DNA of 29,916 nucleotides from a virus (lineage: Duplodnaviria; Caudoviricetes), in IMG/VR virus record IMGVR_UViG_3300032266_000608, positions 1 to 29,916 of that record; one strand, 5' to 3'. Made by a program: the position numbers and the translations under genes. The notes below the pieces were generated by a model. That model saw only the letters and a program-made list of their open reading frames with translations. It made no database searches and was not told where the DNA came from. Shown piece by piece: positions 1 through 8,551 of the stretch; the first letter of the stretch is position 1, and every line of letters begins with the position of its first letter.

Positions 1-47
1 ATTGTGGCAGAGCGATCTGCCCCCAATAAGAAGGATCCCTTTGCGAA

Positions 48-170
48 GTGAGTGCTGTCTTTGCCGTGATCGGCCTTATAGGCTTAGCGTACGTATCGTT
101 TTGGGCGTGTGTGATTTTAGTCTATGTGATTGTGTGGATCTTCGAGTCGATAGCCAAGTTGCTTAAATAG
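48..170 (+). CDS. small hydrophobic membrane peptide (40 aa)
   Basis: Read by hand: GTG48 overlaps an upstream TGA (GTGA); MSAVFAVIGLIGLAYVSFWACVILVYVIVWIFESIAKLLK; below the ORF-track cutoff. Confidence 0.4.
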   Translation: MSAVFAVIGLIGLAYVSFWACVILVYVIVWIFESIAKLLK

Positions 171-672
171 CCTGATCCTCCTCGTCGTCGTATCCTTCGT
201 TCTTATCTTCGTCAAGTATGTCAGCGAACTTTGCTAATGAACGCTTGTCGTCATCTATTGGCCCGCCAAGTTGCTGAAAGTCACACGTCCGTACAGGGGA
301 ACAGGTAATATCCAGCAACACGCAAAATGCGACAGGCTTGCTTTCGATATCTGCCCACTTGGGTGTTAGCGGCAAAGCACTAGCCTTTAAGTCTTTAGCT
401 GGGCCATTCTCGATATACATTTTAATGTCACTCGAATTAACGAAGAACCTACAATTAGCACACAGTCTTCCCCTAGCGTCGCCTTGTGTGACTCCCCACT
501 TCTCTGCCTTTGCGTCCCAGAAATCATTGTTTGGTATGCGTGGATCTGCAGGTCCAAGACCCTTTTCACGTATCCCAAATAAGTGATTCTCAATATTTTT
601 TGAGTTATCCTCTAGCTCCTCTGGGAAAAAGGTTTTGGCTACCTTGCCTGATAGCGGGTCTTTTGATGGCAT
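163..672 (-). CDS. Cys-containing phage hypothetical protein (CxxC...C-x6-C-x5-C), acidic C-tail
   Basis: ORF track 163..690; start moved to ATG672 because TTGATT-N17-TATTGT-N6-ATG lies directly upstream. Confidence 0.65.
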   Translation of the reverse strand: MPSKDPLSGKVAKTFFPEELEDNSKNIENHLFGIREKGLGPADPRIPNNDFWDAKAEKWGVTQGDARGRLCANCRFFVNSSDIKMYIENGPAKDLKASALPLTPKWADIESKPVAFCVLLDITCSPVRTCDFQQLGGPIDDDKRSLAKFADILDEDKNEGYDDEEDQAI

Positions 673-678
673 TTGCCC

Positions 679-707
679 ACAATAAGGCACTAGCTGTTAA
701 AAATCAA
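679..707 (-). promoter_or_regulatory. sigma70-type promoter, leaderless transcript
   Basis: TTGATT(707-702)-N17-TATTGT(684-679)-N6-ATG672. Confidence 0.55.
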
Positions 708-754
708 TGCCAAACCAATAATCACACATACTATCGCTATGGCTGTAAAGATGC

Positions 755-1330
755 TCATACCTTTGAGCAAGAGGCCATTTTCTTCTTGGACTCGTCCCAT
801 TTCCAGCCTTTCCCGCTAGATCTCCATCCCCTGGATTTTGCGTAGAGGATTGACCCATGGTCACACCCCCAGTCCTTGGCAATCTCGTTGATAGACATCC
901 CAGACTCGTATTGAGCCTTCCAGATAGTCCACCTACGCTGAACAATATCTGCACTTCGGTTAGCTGGCTTACTGGAAGCCCCTCCCTTGTACTTTAATTC
1001 GTCTGGAATTGGGATTGTAGCACGTTCTGGCATCATCTGGACGGGATCTATGGCTACGTTGATAGAGAGGTCTACAAAGTACTTCTGAAGCCTTTTAGCT
1101 ATGTCTGCGTAGTCATTAAAGTTCTTTACCGCACTGCCTAGCCTCTTCTCAAGGTCGTTAACCCTGTGGGTAAGCACCATTATGGTGTCCAATTGCTTTT
1201 CAAGGGCATCAAGCCTAGAGCCTATGGCTTGCTCGCGGATTATATCCGCATTCACGACCCCCTTTAAGCTACTGACCTCAAATTGAGGCCCACGATCTAA
1301 GTTACGTTCGAATGCTTTCAATAGTGACAT
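755..1330 (-). CDS. coiled-coil protein with C-terminal HTH
   Basis: 191 aa; heptad-like middle region; GMSINEIAKDWGCDHGSILY resembles an HTH. Confidence 0.6.
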   Translation of the reverse strand: MSLLKAFERNLDRGPQFEVSSLKGVVNADIIREQAIGSRLDALEKQLDTIMVLTHRVNDLEKRLGSAVKNFNDYADIAKRLQKYFVDLSINVAIDPVQMMPERATIPIPDELKYKGGASSKPANRSADIVQRRWTIWKAQYESGMSINEIAKDWGCDHGSILYAKSRGWRSSGKGWKWDESKKKMASCSKV

Positions 1331-1508
1331 TGTGTGTTCTCCTTTTTAGTTCCTCCAAAAGATGTTTAGCGTATTGGCTACCCATCTCGCAACCCTTGAT
1401 GAATGGATTGCCTTTTTTCCCGAGTTGCCAGTTCGGGTTTTCCTCACGAGAGGAAAGCCTTGTAAGAATTTCCTTAATCTTATCAGTCTTTAAGTGGTTG
1501 ATTTTCAC
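1302..1508 (-). CDS. hypothetical protein
   Basis: 68-aa ORF tightly packed between same-strand neighbours. Confidence 0.5.
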   Translation of the reverse strand: MKINHLKTDKIKEILTRLSSREENPNWQLGKKGNPFIKGCEMGSQYAKHLLEELKRRTHNVTIESIRT

Positions 1509-1836
1509 GTACTTTGCCCTTGATCAATTTCTTGTTTTTGTGGCTCAAAAGCTGGACCATTTTCTTAGTAACTGCTTCCTTGGCGTAACCAACTGGCCTC
1601 CTAGAACCATACTCCCAACTTTCCCACGTTTTACCAGAGACACCCAAGGCTTGCGACGCTTGTGACATCGTGAGGCCAAGTCCCTTTCGCCAAGCCTTGC
1701 ACGAACAATCCCAATCGTCGCTCGAAACTTTAGCTCTCTCGTTAGCCATAACCCAAATACAATAAGCGGCATCACTAGAACCGCAATCACAAATAGCCAC
1801 ATCGTCGCAATCCCGATAATTATCAATGACTCGCAT
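1483..1836 (-). CDS. XRE/Cro-like HTH DNA-binding protein with Cys-rich N-terminus
   Basis: WRKGLGLTMSQASQALGVSGKTWESWEYGSRRP is a typical HTH_XRE signature. Confidence 0.7.
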   Translation of the reverse strand: MRVIDNYRDCDDVAICDCGSSDAAYCIWVMANERAKVSSDDWDCSCKAWRKGLGLTMSQASQALGVSGKTWESWEYGSRRPVGYAKEAVTKKMVQLLSHKNKKLIKGKVRENQPLKD

Positions 1837-1849
1837 ATGATTTTAACCA

Positions 1850-2128
1850 TTATTTGAGACCACACGATACTTCGGTGATAATTCTACGTAAGAAGTCAAG
1901 ACCTCCACGTACGTCCCTAAGAGCCTCGCCCTCAAGGTGGCTTCGATCCGAGTGTGACTTGATAGTCGTTTTCATATGAGTGATAATGTCCAACGCCCAT
2001 TGAAGCTGTTGCACTTGCCTGTGTGATTTAGACTTGCTATGGATCTCGGCCCCCTTACTCGGTACCGATTCATAGATTGCTGGAACTTTAACATCATAAC
2101 CAATTTCTGCGAGTGTGCTGATCATCAT
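1850..2128 (-). CDS. hypothetical protein
   Basis: 92 aa; strong RBS AAGGAGG upstream. Confidence 0.6.
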   Translation of the reverse strand: MMISTLAEIGYDVKVPAIYESVPSKGAEIHSKSKSHRQVQQLQWALDIITHMKTTIKSHSDRSHLEGEALRDVRGGLDFLRRIITEVSCGLK

Positions 2129-2147
2129 ACTTGTTTCCTCCTTTTTC

Positions 2148-3263
2148 TTATTTTGTCAATGACTGATTTACTGCTCTGATTTTTTTGAAGATCGCCTCCG
2201 CAACGTGCGGTACGATTGCATTTCCGAGGGCTTTAAGGCGGTCCACCCGATAGGGTATCCCATTAGCCACTCTACAAATGCCGGGTTCAGAGAGCCAGAC
2301 TGCTTGTCCAAATTGTCCGTCGCTTGGACTGCTACATCGAGTGTGTCCCTCGATATTTTTCCGTCTCTCATTCTCCCACCCACGTAGCCCCCCTTCCCGT
2401 CCCTCGACGATGGTGTTGGCCACATCTTGACTGCTGTCTCCAGCGTTGCTCCCCACTTCACTCCCTTGGCCGAGACTCGACTCTTCCCGCTCTTGTCTAC
2501 GCTTCCCGCAATCGAACCCGTGTGCGGACCACGTGGAGTTGCCGAAGGTGTAGGCCACATCATCACAGACTCGTTTACCGCCTTCACCAGACACCTGAAT
2601 CTGTTGTCCTTCGGATTCACGTTGGATGCGTTGTCTGCTGTCGGAGTCGGCCACATCTTGGGGTGTACCACTTGCTCCCGAAGATTGCCCGATCTCGTTC
2701 TGTTCTTTCTGTTCTTCTGGTTCGTGCTGCAATCTTCCGCTGGTCTGCTCGGAAGATGATCCATTGTGTTCGGGGTTGCCCAGAATGCGTGCGATGATCC
2801 AGCATCTGTCTCTTCTGTGCGGGGCATCGACACCTGCAGCCGGAATAATAAGCGTTTCGACTTCGTAGCCAATTGCTTCCAAGTCAGAATGCACTTGGTC
2901 GAGTGCCAGATTGATGAGACCAAACACATTCTCACCAACGACCCAAGTGGGCTTGGCTTCTTGTATAACTCGGAGCATTTCTGGCCAGAGGTAGCGGTCA
3001 TCCTCCTTGCCTCGTTGCTTCCCGGCTTGGGAGAATGGCTGACAAGGAAACCCACCTGTGAGCAGTTCGATTTCTCCGTAGGCATCGCCCTTAAACTCTC
3101 TGATGTCGTTGACGATTGGGATTTCTGACCAATGGGTTTTGAGGATTGCTCTGCAGTAGTGGTCTTTTTCGCAGAAGGCTTTTGTAGAGAATCCAGTTCT
3201 TCCTGCGGCCAAAGCGAATCCCCCGATTCCTGAGAAGAGGTCAAGATGGCCATTCACGCCCAC
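2148..3263 (-). CDS. DNA (cytosine-5) methyltransferase, catalytic (alpha) polypeptide
   Basis: Motif I DLFSGIGG, IV GFPCQPFS, VI ENV, VIII RxR (HRRDR), X RLKALGNAIVP. Confidence 0.92.
   Translation of the reverse strand: MGVNGHLDLFSGIGGFALAAGRTGFSTKAFCEKDHYCRAILKTHWSEIPIVNDIREFKGDAYGEIELLTGGFPCQPFSQAGKQRGKEDDRYLWPEMLRVIQEAKPTWVVGENVFGLINLALDQVHSDLEAIGYEVETLIIPAAGVDAPHRRDRCWIIARILGNPEHNGSSSEQTSGRLQHEPEEQKEQNEIGQSSGASGTPQDVADSDSRQRIQRESEGQQIQVSGEGGKRVCDDVAYTFGNSTWSAHGFDCGKRRQEREESSLGQGSEVGSNAGDSSQDVANTIVEGREGGLRGWENERRKNIEGHTRCSSPSDGQFGQAVWLSEPGICRVANGIPYRVDRLKALGNAIVPHVAEAIFKKIRAVNQSLTK
2168..3253 (-). CDS. overlapping alternative-frame methyltransferase polypeptide (beta; WPTP repeats plus motif IX-like segment)
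   Basis: 361 aa open over nearly the whole MTase gene; four W(P/A)TP repeats; ends LNPAFVEWLMGYPIGWT; ATG3253 directly follows the upstream TGA. Confidence 0.7.
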   Translation of the reverse strand: MAILTSSQESGDSLWPQEELDSLQKPSAKKTTTAEQSSKPIGQKSQSSTTSESLRAMPTEKSNCSQVGFLVSHSPKPGSNEARRMTATSGQKCSELYKKPSPLGSLVRMCLVSSIWHSTKCILTWKQLATKSKRLLFRLQVSMPRTEETDAGSSHAFWATPNTMDHLPSRPAEDCSTNQKNRKNRTRSGNLREQVVHPKMWPTPTADNASNVNPKDNRFRCLVKAVNESVMMWPTPSATPRGPHTGSIAGSVDKSGKSRVSAKGVKWGATLETAVKMWPTPSSRDGKGGYVGGRMRDGKISRDTLDVAVQATDNLDKQSGSLNPAFVEWLMGYPIGWTALKPSEMQSYRTLRRRSSKKSEQ

Positions 3264-3673
3264 CTATCCGACACAAGGTTTCCTTCTGTGTCAAATTCCT
3301 GCACTTGTGTCATCTTCTGCCCGTCTTTCGAGGCTACGGAGTATACCTTTCGGTTGCCCTTGCCCTTCCTGTACTGCGTGTGCCCAGAGAGTTCGGCTAT
3401 CTTTCTTGCATACTCACGGCTTACTCCGACATTCCTAGCTATCTCTGCTAGGCTTCTTTTAGCCCCGACCCGCAACGCTTGCTCTATTTTTGCTCTCTTG
3501 TGTGATCTTACGTTGCCTTTTCGGTTTCCCCTGGGTTTCAGCTTTGTGTGTTTTCGGAGATAGTTATACATCGTCCCGACAGCCACGCTATACTCATTCG
3601 CTAGAGTCTTTACTGAGACACCAGCGGAATATAAAGCTGTAAGCTTGTCGGAGCTACTTGGGTTTAACTTCAT
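3254..3673 (-). CDS. tandem HTH DNA-binding protein
   Basis: GVSVKTLANEYSVAVGTMYNYL and SLAEIARNVGVSREYARKI, two HTH-like segments. Confidence 0.65.
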   Translation of the reverse strand: MKLNPSSSDKLTALYSAGVSVKTLANEYSVAVGTMYNYLRKHTKLKPRGNRKGNVRSHKRAKIEQALRVGAKRSLAEIARNVGVSREYARKIAELSGHTQYRKGKGNRKVYSVASKDGQKMTQVQEFDTEGNLVSDRWA

Positions 3674-3888
3674 TTAGTCTCCTTGAATATCTTCTCAACT
3701 ATTTCCTTGGCACGCTTCTCGCCGATCTGGGATGCGTTGTTGGACGCATATGCATGCATTAAGATGACTTGGCACAACTGCTTCATCTGCACTTCGTCAA
3801 GTCTTAGGGTTATAGCTGGCTCGGCCTCCACTTGGTGGGCGTGGCTACAAACGGACCACAATATTGCAAGTGCTATTACTTTTCTCAT
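3670..3888 (-). CDS. small protein with signal-peptide-like N-terminus
   Basis: MRKVIALAILWSVCSHAH; ATGA overlap with the next gene. Confidence 0.55.
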   Translation of the reverse strand: MRKVIALAILWSVCSHAHQVEAEPAITLRLDEVQMKQLCQVILMHAYASNNASQIGEKRAKEIVEKIFKETK

Positions 3889-3890
3889 TT

Positions 3891-4175
3891 CTAATTCCTC
3901 CAGAAGTCGATGGACTTCTTTTTGTCGTCTGTCTTTCCAGCGTTAATTACTATGCGTGCCATTCGCATCCCTTGGGCTTGACCCAGCATAAGCAAGGCTC
4001 TGGCAAGCAGGTCGTGCCTTTCTGTGAATGTCTTGGCGGTTTCAGCACGTAGTCGAAGCTTTAATGAACGCCTCTCAATGGCATCTGCTTTGGCATCGAC
4101 TGTGATTTTTGCCATCTCCTCGGCAGACCCTACGAGCCTTCTGTTTCCGATTAGTATTAGTGGTTTTTTATTCAT
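3891..4175 (-). CDS. hypothetical protein
   Basis: 94 aa, coupled by ATGA overlap. Confidence 0.55.
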   Translation of the reverse strand: MNKKPLILIGNRRLVGSAEEMAKITVDAKADAIERRSLKLRLRAETAKTFTERHDLLARALLMLGQAQGMRMARIVINAGKTDDKKKSIDFWRN

Positions 4176-4462
4176 ATAGTTGGTGCATACTCCGTTTGCT
4201 TTTTATCTTGATGGTAGATCGCAAGCGACCCTGGACCATTCCCTTCGTCGTCCTGCTGAACAATCATAACAGTTCCATCGTCTAGGTGTAGCTGAATGCC
4301 AGCCTGATGCCACCCACACATTTCCATATCCTCATCTCCAGTATAGGATACCTTTGTTATAGTAAGACCTACAAGCCTCTCCGTAAGCCTTGCTGTCCAT
4401 TCCTCACGTAAGGCATTCCTATGATCTGCCTTGGTTTTCTGTTTCATATATTCGTGTTTCAT
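4172..4462 (-). CDS. hypothetical protein
   Basis: ORF track 4172..4492; ATG4462 has RBS AGGAGGAG and overlaps the upstream stop. Confidence 0.6.
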   Translation of the reverse strand: MKHEYMKQKTKADHRNALREEWTARLTERLVGLTITKVSYTGDEDMEMCGWHQAGIQLHLDDGTVMIVQQDDEGNGPGSLAIYHQDKKQTEYAPTI

Positions 4463-4668
4463 TCGTCTCCTCCTATGGCTTGGACTCTGCATTTGCGGGG
4501 TAAATCGTCCAAGCCGATTCGATTACCTCGTGAATCTGCGTAATAACCTTGTATTACATAACCCTTAATCCATCTGGCAATAGCCTCTTTCGCTAGTCCA
4601 ACAGACTTGTGTCGGGCTGTGCTAATCGGTATGCCATCTGGTGATAGAACAATGTATTTAGTTTTCAT
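4459..4668 (-). CDS. hypothetical protein
   Basis: 69 aa, ATGA-coupled. Confidence 0.55.
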   Translation of the reverse strand: MKTKYIVLSPDGIPISTARHKSVGLAKEAIARWIKGYVIQGYYADSRGNRIGLDDLPRKCRVQAIGGDE

Positions 4669-5003
4669 ATCTCAAAGTTCTCGTATTGCCGACCTTCAGC
4701 GTTGTCAATTATGTGACAAAGCTCTAGCCAATGTCTATGTAAAATAGATCGCTGGCCATCCGTAATGGCCGAGCCATCCATAAGCTCACGGCAGAGGTCT
4801 CTTGTTTTTCTGGCCATGCCAAGCAACTCTGGTGAAGCCACGGCAAGAACGCAGTTGTGCCAATTACCCTGCAATAGTTTTGGCAAATCCGACAAACTCC
4901 AGGGTGCCGGCGTAAACTTCGGCTTCTCACGAAGCCTAATCTTGACGTTGCCCTTGGCGATTGCGTGGGTCGCTAGGTGAACACTTCGGGTTTTGGTTAT
5001 CAT
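4665..5003 (-). CDS. hypothetical protein (TPAPW...SPELL motif common in phage early proteins)
   Basis: 112 aa, ATGA-coupled. Confidence 0.55.
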   Translation of the reverse strand: MITKTRSVHLATHAIAKGNVKIRLREKPKFTPAPWSLSDLPKLLQGNWHNCVLAVASPELLGMARKTRDLCRELMDGSAITDGQRSILHRHWLELCHIIDNAEGRQYENFEI

Positions 5004-5338
5004 TCTTCATCTCCTATCATCCCCAGCACGGACGACTGGGAATAGATTTCCTTATTCTTAATCTCAGCCTCGGCTTGTTCAAGCTGATACTGGTCCATCC
5101 GTGTTAAAAACACACGCCCCGTCGGCGATCTCCAGCAACCGACATCCACAAGCGATACTCTAGCCCACTTATGGTCGTCCATTGTCGTGAGATGCTTTAC
5201 CGACATAGAGATTGAGCCACGTACCCAACCGCTAGACCGCAGACTCTCATTGAGTTCTGTCTCAAGCCTAGCCTGTCTGGCACGCAACTCAGTCCTGAGT
5301 CGCTCGACACTCTCTGTAATACTATCATTTGTGTCCAT
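5000..5338 (-). CDS. hypothetical protein with N-terminal coiled coil
   Basis: 112 aa, operon packing. Confidence 0.55.
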   Translation of the reverse strand: MDTNDSITESVERLRTELRARQARLETELNESLRSSGWVRGSISMSVKHLTTMDDHKWARVSLVDVGCWRSPTGRVFLTRMDQYQLEQAEAEIKNKEIYSQSSVLGMIGDEE

Positions 5339-5342
5339 TTGA

Positions 5343-5690
5343 TTATTCCCTTCTGTAGTTTTGCATTTCTTCCGTCAATTCAGCTTCACGAATCTCGTCA
5401 AGCTTACAGAGATCATCTTCGTCTAAAGGAGTTCCATCAACAAAAGATGCTGACTTATGAATCCATTGAACTAGGTCAATCTCTATAGAGTTCTGATCGA
5501 CTTCCTTCTTCCTTCCTAGGGCTTCTGCCACGGCCTTAACTTTATGGTCGTGTGCCAAAGCAGAATGACGCAACCTTTTTGCAATCTCATTCTTTCTGTT
5601 AAGTGTGTTCCCAAGTTCCTGCACCAGCATTGATTTTGCTGTTTGCAGTCTTTTAGCCGAGAACCACAACCCACAAGAGTTACGCTTCAT
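5343..5690 (-). CDS. hypothetical protein
   Basis: 115 aa; RBS AGGAGG upstream. Confidence 0.6.
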   Translation of the reverse strand: MKRNSCGLWFSAKRLQTAKSMLVQELGNTLNRKNEIAKRLRHSALAHDHKVKAVAEALGRKKEVDQNSIEIDLVQWIHKSASFVDGTPLDEDDLCKLDEIREAELTEEMQNYRRE

Positions 5691-5702
5691 ATCTAATTCC
5701 TC

Positions 5703-6278
5703 CTATTTGAACCGATGTTTCCTCCAGCTAGGAGTCTCATTTGAGCCTCCCCGAAGCTGGAATGGGTACACCGAGTCATTCTTCTTCATTACAACGCCCT
5801 CAAAAAACTCTGGGGCTTTCGCTAGTAGCTCGGCATACAGCGAGCGTGCGTTCTGCCCCAAGGCAGACGGCGAGACCACCAGTTCGTCCGTCCGTGGTAT
5901 CTCGCACCATCCAAGCACCCTACCCATTCGCTCGACCTTCTCACGGCGTTGGAGGTAGGTAGCCTCGACGGCACAATCCAGCGTATCTAGGACTATCAGC
6001 GAGCCTCTAGCCATTGAGTGACGGCGGGATAGGGCTTCCACGTCCAGCCACTCCGCATCTAGTTCGCTCGCTAGTTTTAACGCCTCTTCAAACTCGCCCT
6101 CAATCGAGAGCGGTTCGAGATGGCGATTCCACATTGTCCCGCTGGGGATATGCACAACCGCCCGCCATCCGTCATACTTCGGCTCAACCGAGTACTCTGG
6201 GTTGTCGGACGGCCATTTCTGCCCCCGCATAGGCCGAGCAGGAAAGGTCGGAGGGAATACTGCACACTCAGTTGTCAT
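5703..6278 (-). CDS. ATP-dependent DNA ligase-like adenylation domain (no OB-fold)
   Basis: Motif I EPKYDGWR, III LDVE, IIIa IVLDTL, IV EGVVMK, V WRKHR at the very C-terminus; start ATG6278 chosen from AGGA RBS. Confidence 0.8.
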   Translation of the reverse strand: MTTECAVFPPTFPARPMRGQKWPSDNPEYSVEPKYDGWRAVVHIPSGTMWNRHLEPLSIEGEFEEALKLASELDAEWLDVEALSRRHSMARGSLIVLDTLDCAVEATYLQRREKVERMGRVLGWCEIPRTDELVVSPSALGQNARSLYAELLAKAPEFFEGVVMKKNDSVYPFQLRGGSNETPSWRKHRFK

Positions 6279-6480
6279 CGGCATTCCTATAGCAGTAGTC
6301 CTCAATCGCCTCCTTCGGGGAACGCCCCAGACCAGCGAGCGAGCCATCCTCCCCGCAGTAGTTCTCGTCCGTGCAACTCCACCATCCCATCGGCTCTTCC
6401 ATAACGTCGAGCGTCATGCATCGGCGTTCCAATCCGTCAGTTCCGTTTGACTCCATAGCCTCTAGCTCGATGGCATTCAT
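6268..6480 (-). CDS. small acidic hypothetical protein
   Basis: 70 aa, TAATG-coupled to the upstream gene, GGAGG RBS. Confidence 0.55.
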   Translation of the reverse strand: MNAIELEAMESNGTDGLERRCMTLDVMEEPMGWWSCTDENYCGEDGSLAGLGRSPKEAIEDYCYRNADDN

Positions 6481-7007
6481 TAGAAGCCTCCCGAAATCAC
6501 TTTACGGCTCACCAGTATGGGGTAGGTGCGTCCAGTAGAGCAATCGAATCCCTCAAGCATAGAAGGCTCGAATATGTCCGTATGCCACTTTCCGTCACCC
6601 TCGTCCATCCAGCGGTTGCGGAGTCGCTTGCCAGTCACGTCGGCCATCTTCTGTAGGACGGGGTCGGGTGGAGACCACGCAGTTAGGAAGGAGCATTTTT
6701 TCTCTGTCACCCAGCTAAACTCGTAGCAGTTCCACTTCGTACCCCACTTGGCAACAGACCAGTCGTACCAGTTCGCAAAGCCGTAGAGCTTCACGTTTTT
6801 TGCGAATACCTTGGCAATCGGTTCGCTAGACTTGGGGTTGTAGGGAAGGCTCTCGCCCCGAAACCCAACCGCATCGGGCATCGGTATGACCTTGTTAAAG
6901 TCAAGTTGACCATCCTTCTCCACGTCAAAGTCTAAAAACATCGCTAGGATTGTCTTGAGACCTTGTTTACCAGCTACGCTGACTATGTTTGTGATATGAT
7001 TCGGCAT
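6480..7007 (-). CDS. YubB/DUF1281 ferredoxin-like domain protein
   Basis: MPNHITN...WYDWSVAKWGTKWN...FLTAWSPP matches the family signature. Confidence 0.8.
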   Translation of the reverse strand: MPNHITNIVSVAGKQGLKTILAMFLDFDVEKDGQLDFNKVIPMPDAVGFRGESLPYNPKSSEPIAKVFAKNVKLYGFANWYDWSVAKWGTKWNCYEFSWVTEKKCSFLTAWSPPDPVLQKMADVTGKRLRNRWMDEGDGKWHTDIFEPSMLEGFDCSTGRTYPILVSRKVISGGF

Positions 7008-7220
7008 TTACCTACCCTTCCTTTCGTCCCTATCGTTGTCCGTGGCAATTAGAATATCGTCACGCAATAGGTTGATTTTGTATTTTCTGTTAGCAACGCC
7101 AGCAATTATTTTGAAACAGCTTTCTAAAGCCGTATTCTGCCAGCGGGTCGAGCGATCAAAGCCATCGCCCATCCACGATTGCACCATTAAAGGTGTGATA
7201 TTTGTTTTTGGTGTACTCAT
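7008..7220 (-). CDS. hypothetical protein
   Basis: 70 aa, operon packing. Confidence 0.55.
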   Translation of the reverse strand: MSTPKTNITPLMVQSWMGDGFDRSTRWQNTALESCFKIIAGVANRKYKINLLRDDILIATDNDRDERKGR

Positions 7221-7480
7221 TTTTCCTCCTGTTTGGTTTGCAAACGCTTCAGTTCATCTTGTCCGTACTCCGTCAACTTGTAGGGGTTGCGGATATACGC
7301 ACAATGGCACTCCCTTATCATCCCCTCTTCGCCTACCAGTTCATCTAGTTCGGCATTAGAGAGGTCGTCGGGCAGTTCCTCGATTACATTCACATAATCC
7401 AGAATCTCAAGTAGCCTCTGGTTAGCGACGTACTCTGCTCCGTGGTCGTAAGGGTCGCCCTCACGCACTAGGAACATCAT
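7217..7480 (-). CDS. acidic hypothetical protein
   Basis: ORF track 7217..7495; ATG7480 overlaps the upstream TGA. Confidence 0.55.
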   Translation of the reverse strand: MMFLVREGDPYDHGAEYVANQRLLEILDYVNVIEELPDDLSNAELDELVGEEGMIRECHCAYIRNPYKLTEYGQDELKRLQTKQEEK

Positions 7481-7626
7481 AGTTCCCCCGCCCATACTGC
7501 TTCAAAGCATTCGTCACAAGAGATGTAGCTCATCTTCTCGGCCTCCTGCTTATCGGCGATGCACGGCCTCCTACGGATGCCATCACGCTTGTTACAAGTC
7601 TCGCAAACGCCAGTCTCGCAACTCAT
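7477..7626 (-). CDS. small zinc-finger-like protein (49 aa)
   Basis: Read by hand: MSCETGVCETCNKRDGIRRRPCIADKQEAEKMSYISCDECFEAVWAGEL; CxxC...CxxC; ATGA overlaps at both ends. Confidence 0.6.
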   Translation of the reverse strand: MSCETGVCETCNKRDGIRRRPCIADKQEAEKMSYISCDECFEAVWAGEL

Positions 7627-7889
7627 CGTACTGCCTCCAGTTCCATAATGAGATCAGCCAGTTCGGATACGGAGATCGCCACAGCGTCCTTAATCGTGGA
7701 ATCGTAGTTACCAGACTCGACTCCACGTAGGGCGGTTGAGGCGTGGTCAATACCCAGCTTTGACAACTCTCCGAGTTCCTTCACGACTGCGGTACGCATC
7801 GTCCCTAGCTCAAGGCGAGGGTCGAACACGCTCTTGAACAAGTTCCACACTTCGTCAGACTCTTCGATCATTCGTTTTGTGGGACTCAT
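7623..7889 (-). CDS. hypothetical protein
   Basis: 88 aa, operon packing. Confidence 0.55.
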   Translation of the reverse strand: MSPTKRMIEESDEVWNLFKSVFDPRLELGTMRTAVVKELGELSKLGIDHASTALRGVESGNYDSTIKDAVAISVSELADLIMELEAVR

Positions 7890-7893
7890 AGGG

Positions 7894-8517
7894 TTAGGCT
7901 AGTTTGACTTGGATAACAGCGGGGTAGATCGCTTGGAGCTTGGCGTTGCCGTCAACACCCAACACAGCGGGACGTGCCTCGTGGAATCCAGCCTTCGGGG
8001 AGAATCCGCTCGTATAACTCACAGCCGAGGAAAGGCCGAGAGACTCAAAAAGTTTTGCAACCTTCTGAGCCACTTCGGCGTGACGCTCGACTGGAATCTT
8101 CGAGGATTCGACTTTGATCGTAAACTGCTCCGCAAAGTGATCGCCAAATCCGAGGCGTTCAATCTGCGTAAACAGAGCAGAGTGTTCGGGCTTTGCCAAA
8201 TCCAGCGAAGAATAGCGGTTGGTCGGCACTACCTTGGCCGAGCAATCCTTTCCTATCACTTCGACTGGATTGGGGAATGTCGCCCAGCAACGTGCCAACA
8301 CAGAGCCGAGAAACGCTTGCCGTGTTGCAGAGTTTTTATTTTCTAGCTCCGCAACTTCGTCACGTATCTGGTGCATCGTGCGGAGTTGACTATCCTCCAC
8401 TTCGCTCGCCGTAACTTGCGGGATAGTTTTTTTGTTGGACTTCTTTTGCAGACCAATCCCAGCCAACACCGAGGTAGGTCGCTTGGTTTCCGTTGTTTGT
8501 TTTGTTTGTGTGTCCAT
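7894..8517 (-). CDS. hypothetical protein, first (leaderless) gene of the long early operon
   Basis: 207 aa; ATG lies 6 nt after a -10 box. Confidence 0.7.
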   Translation of the reverse strand: MDTQTKQTTETKRPTSVLAGIGLQKKSNKKTIPQVTASEVEDSQLRTMHQIRDEVAELENKNSATRQAFLGSVLARCWATFPNPVEVIGKDCSAKVVPTNRYSSLDLAKPEHSALFTQIERLGFGDHFAEQFTIKVESSKIPVERHAEVAQKVAKLFESLGLSSAVSYTSGFSPKAGFHEARPAVLGVDGNAKLQAIYPAVIQVKLA

Positions 8518-8523
8518 ATTCGA

Positions 8524-8551
8524 ATCCTACATTGTAGGAGAAGCGTGTCAA
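8524..8551 (-). promoter_or_regulatory. sigma70-type leaderless promoter with overlapping palindrome
   Basis: TTGACA(8551-8546)-N16-TAGGAT(8529-8524)-N6-ATG8517; TCCTACA-T-TGTAGGA at 8525-8539. Confidence 0.65.

Noticed and set aside
1545-1865. Second same-strand frame over the XRE gene (also 697..954 over 755..1330) as further dual-frame genes
   Set aside because: No complementary motifs and no convincing initiation signal, unlike the methyltransferase and RusA cases
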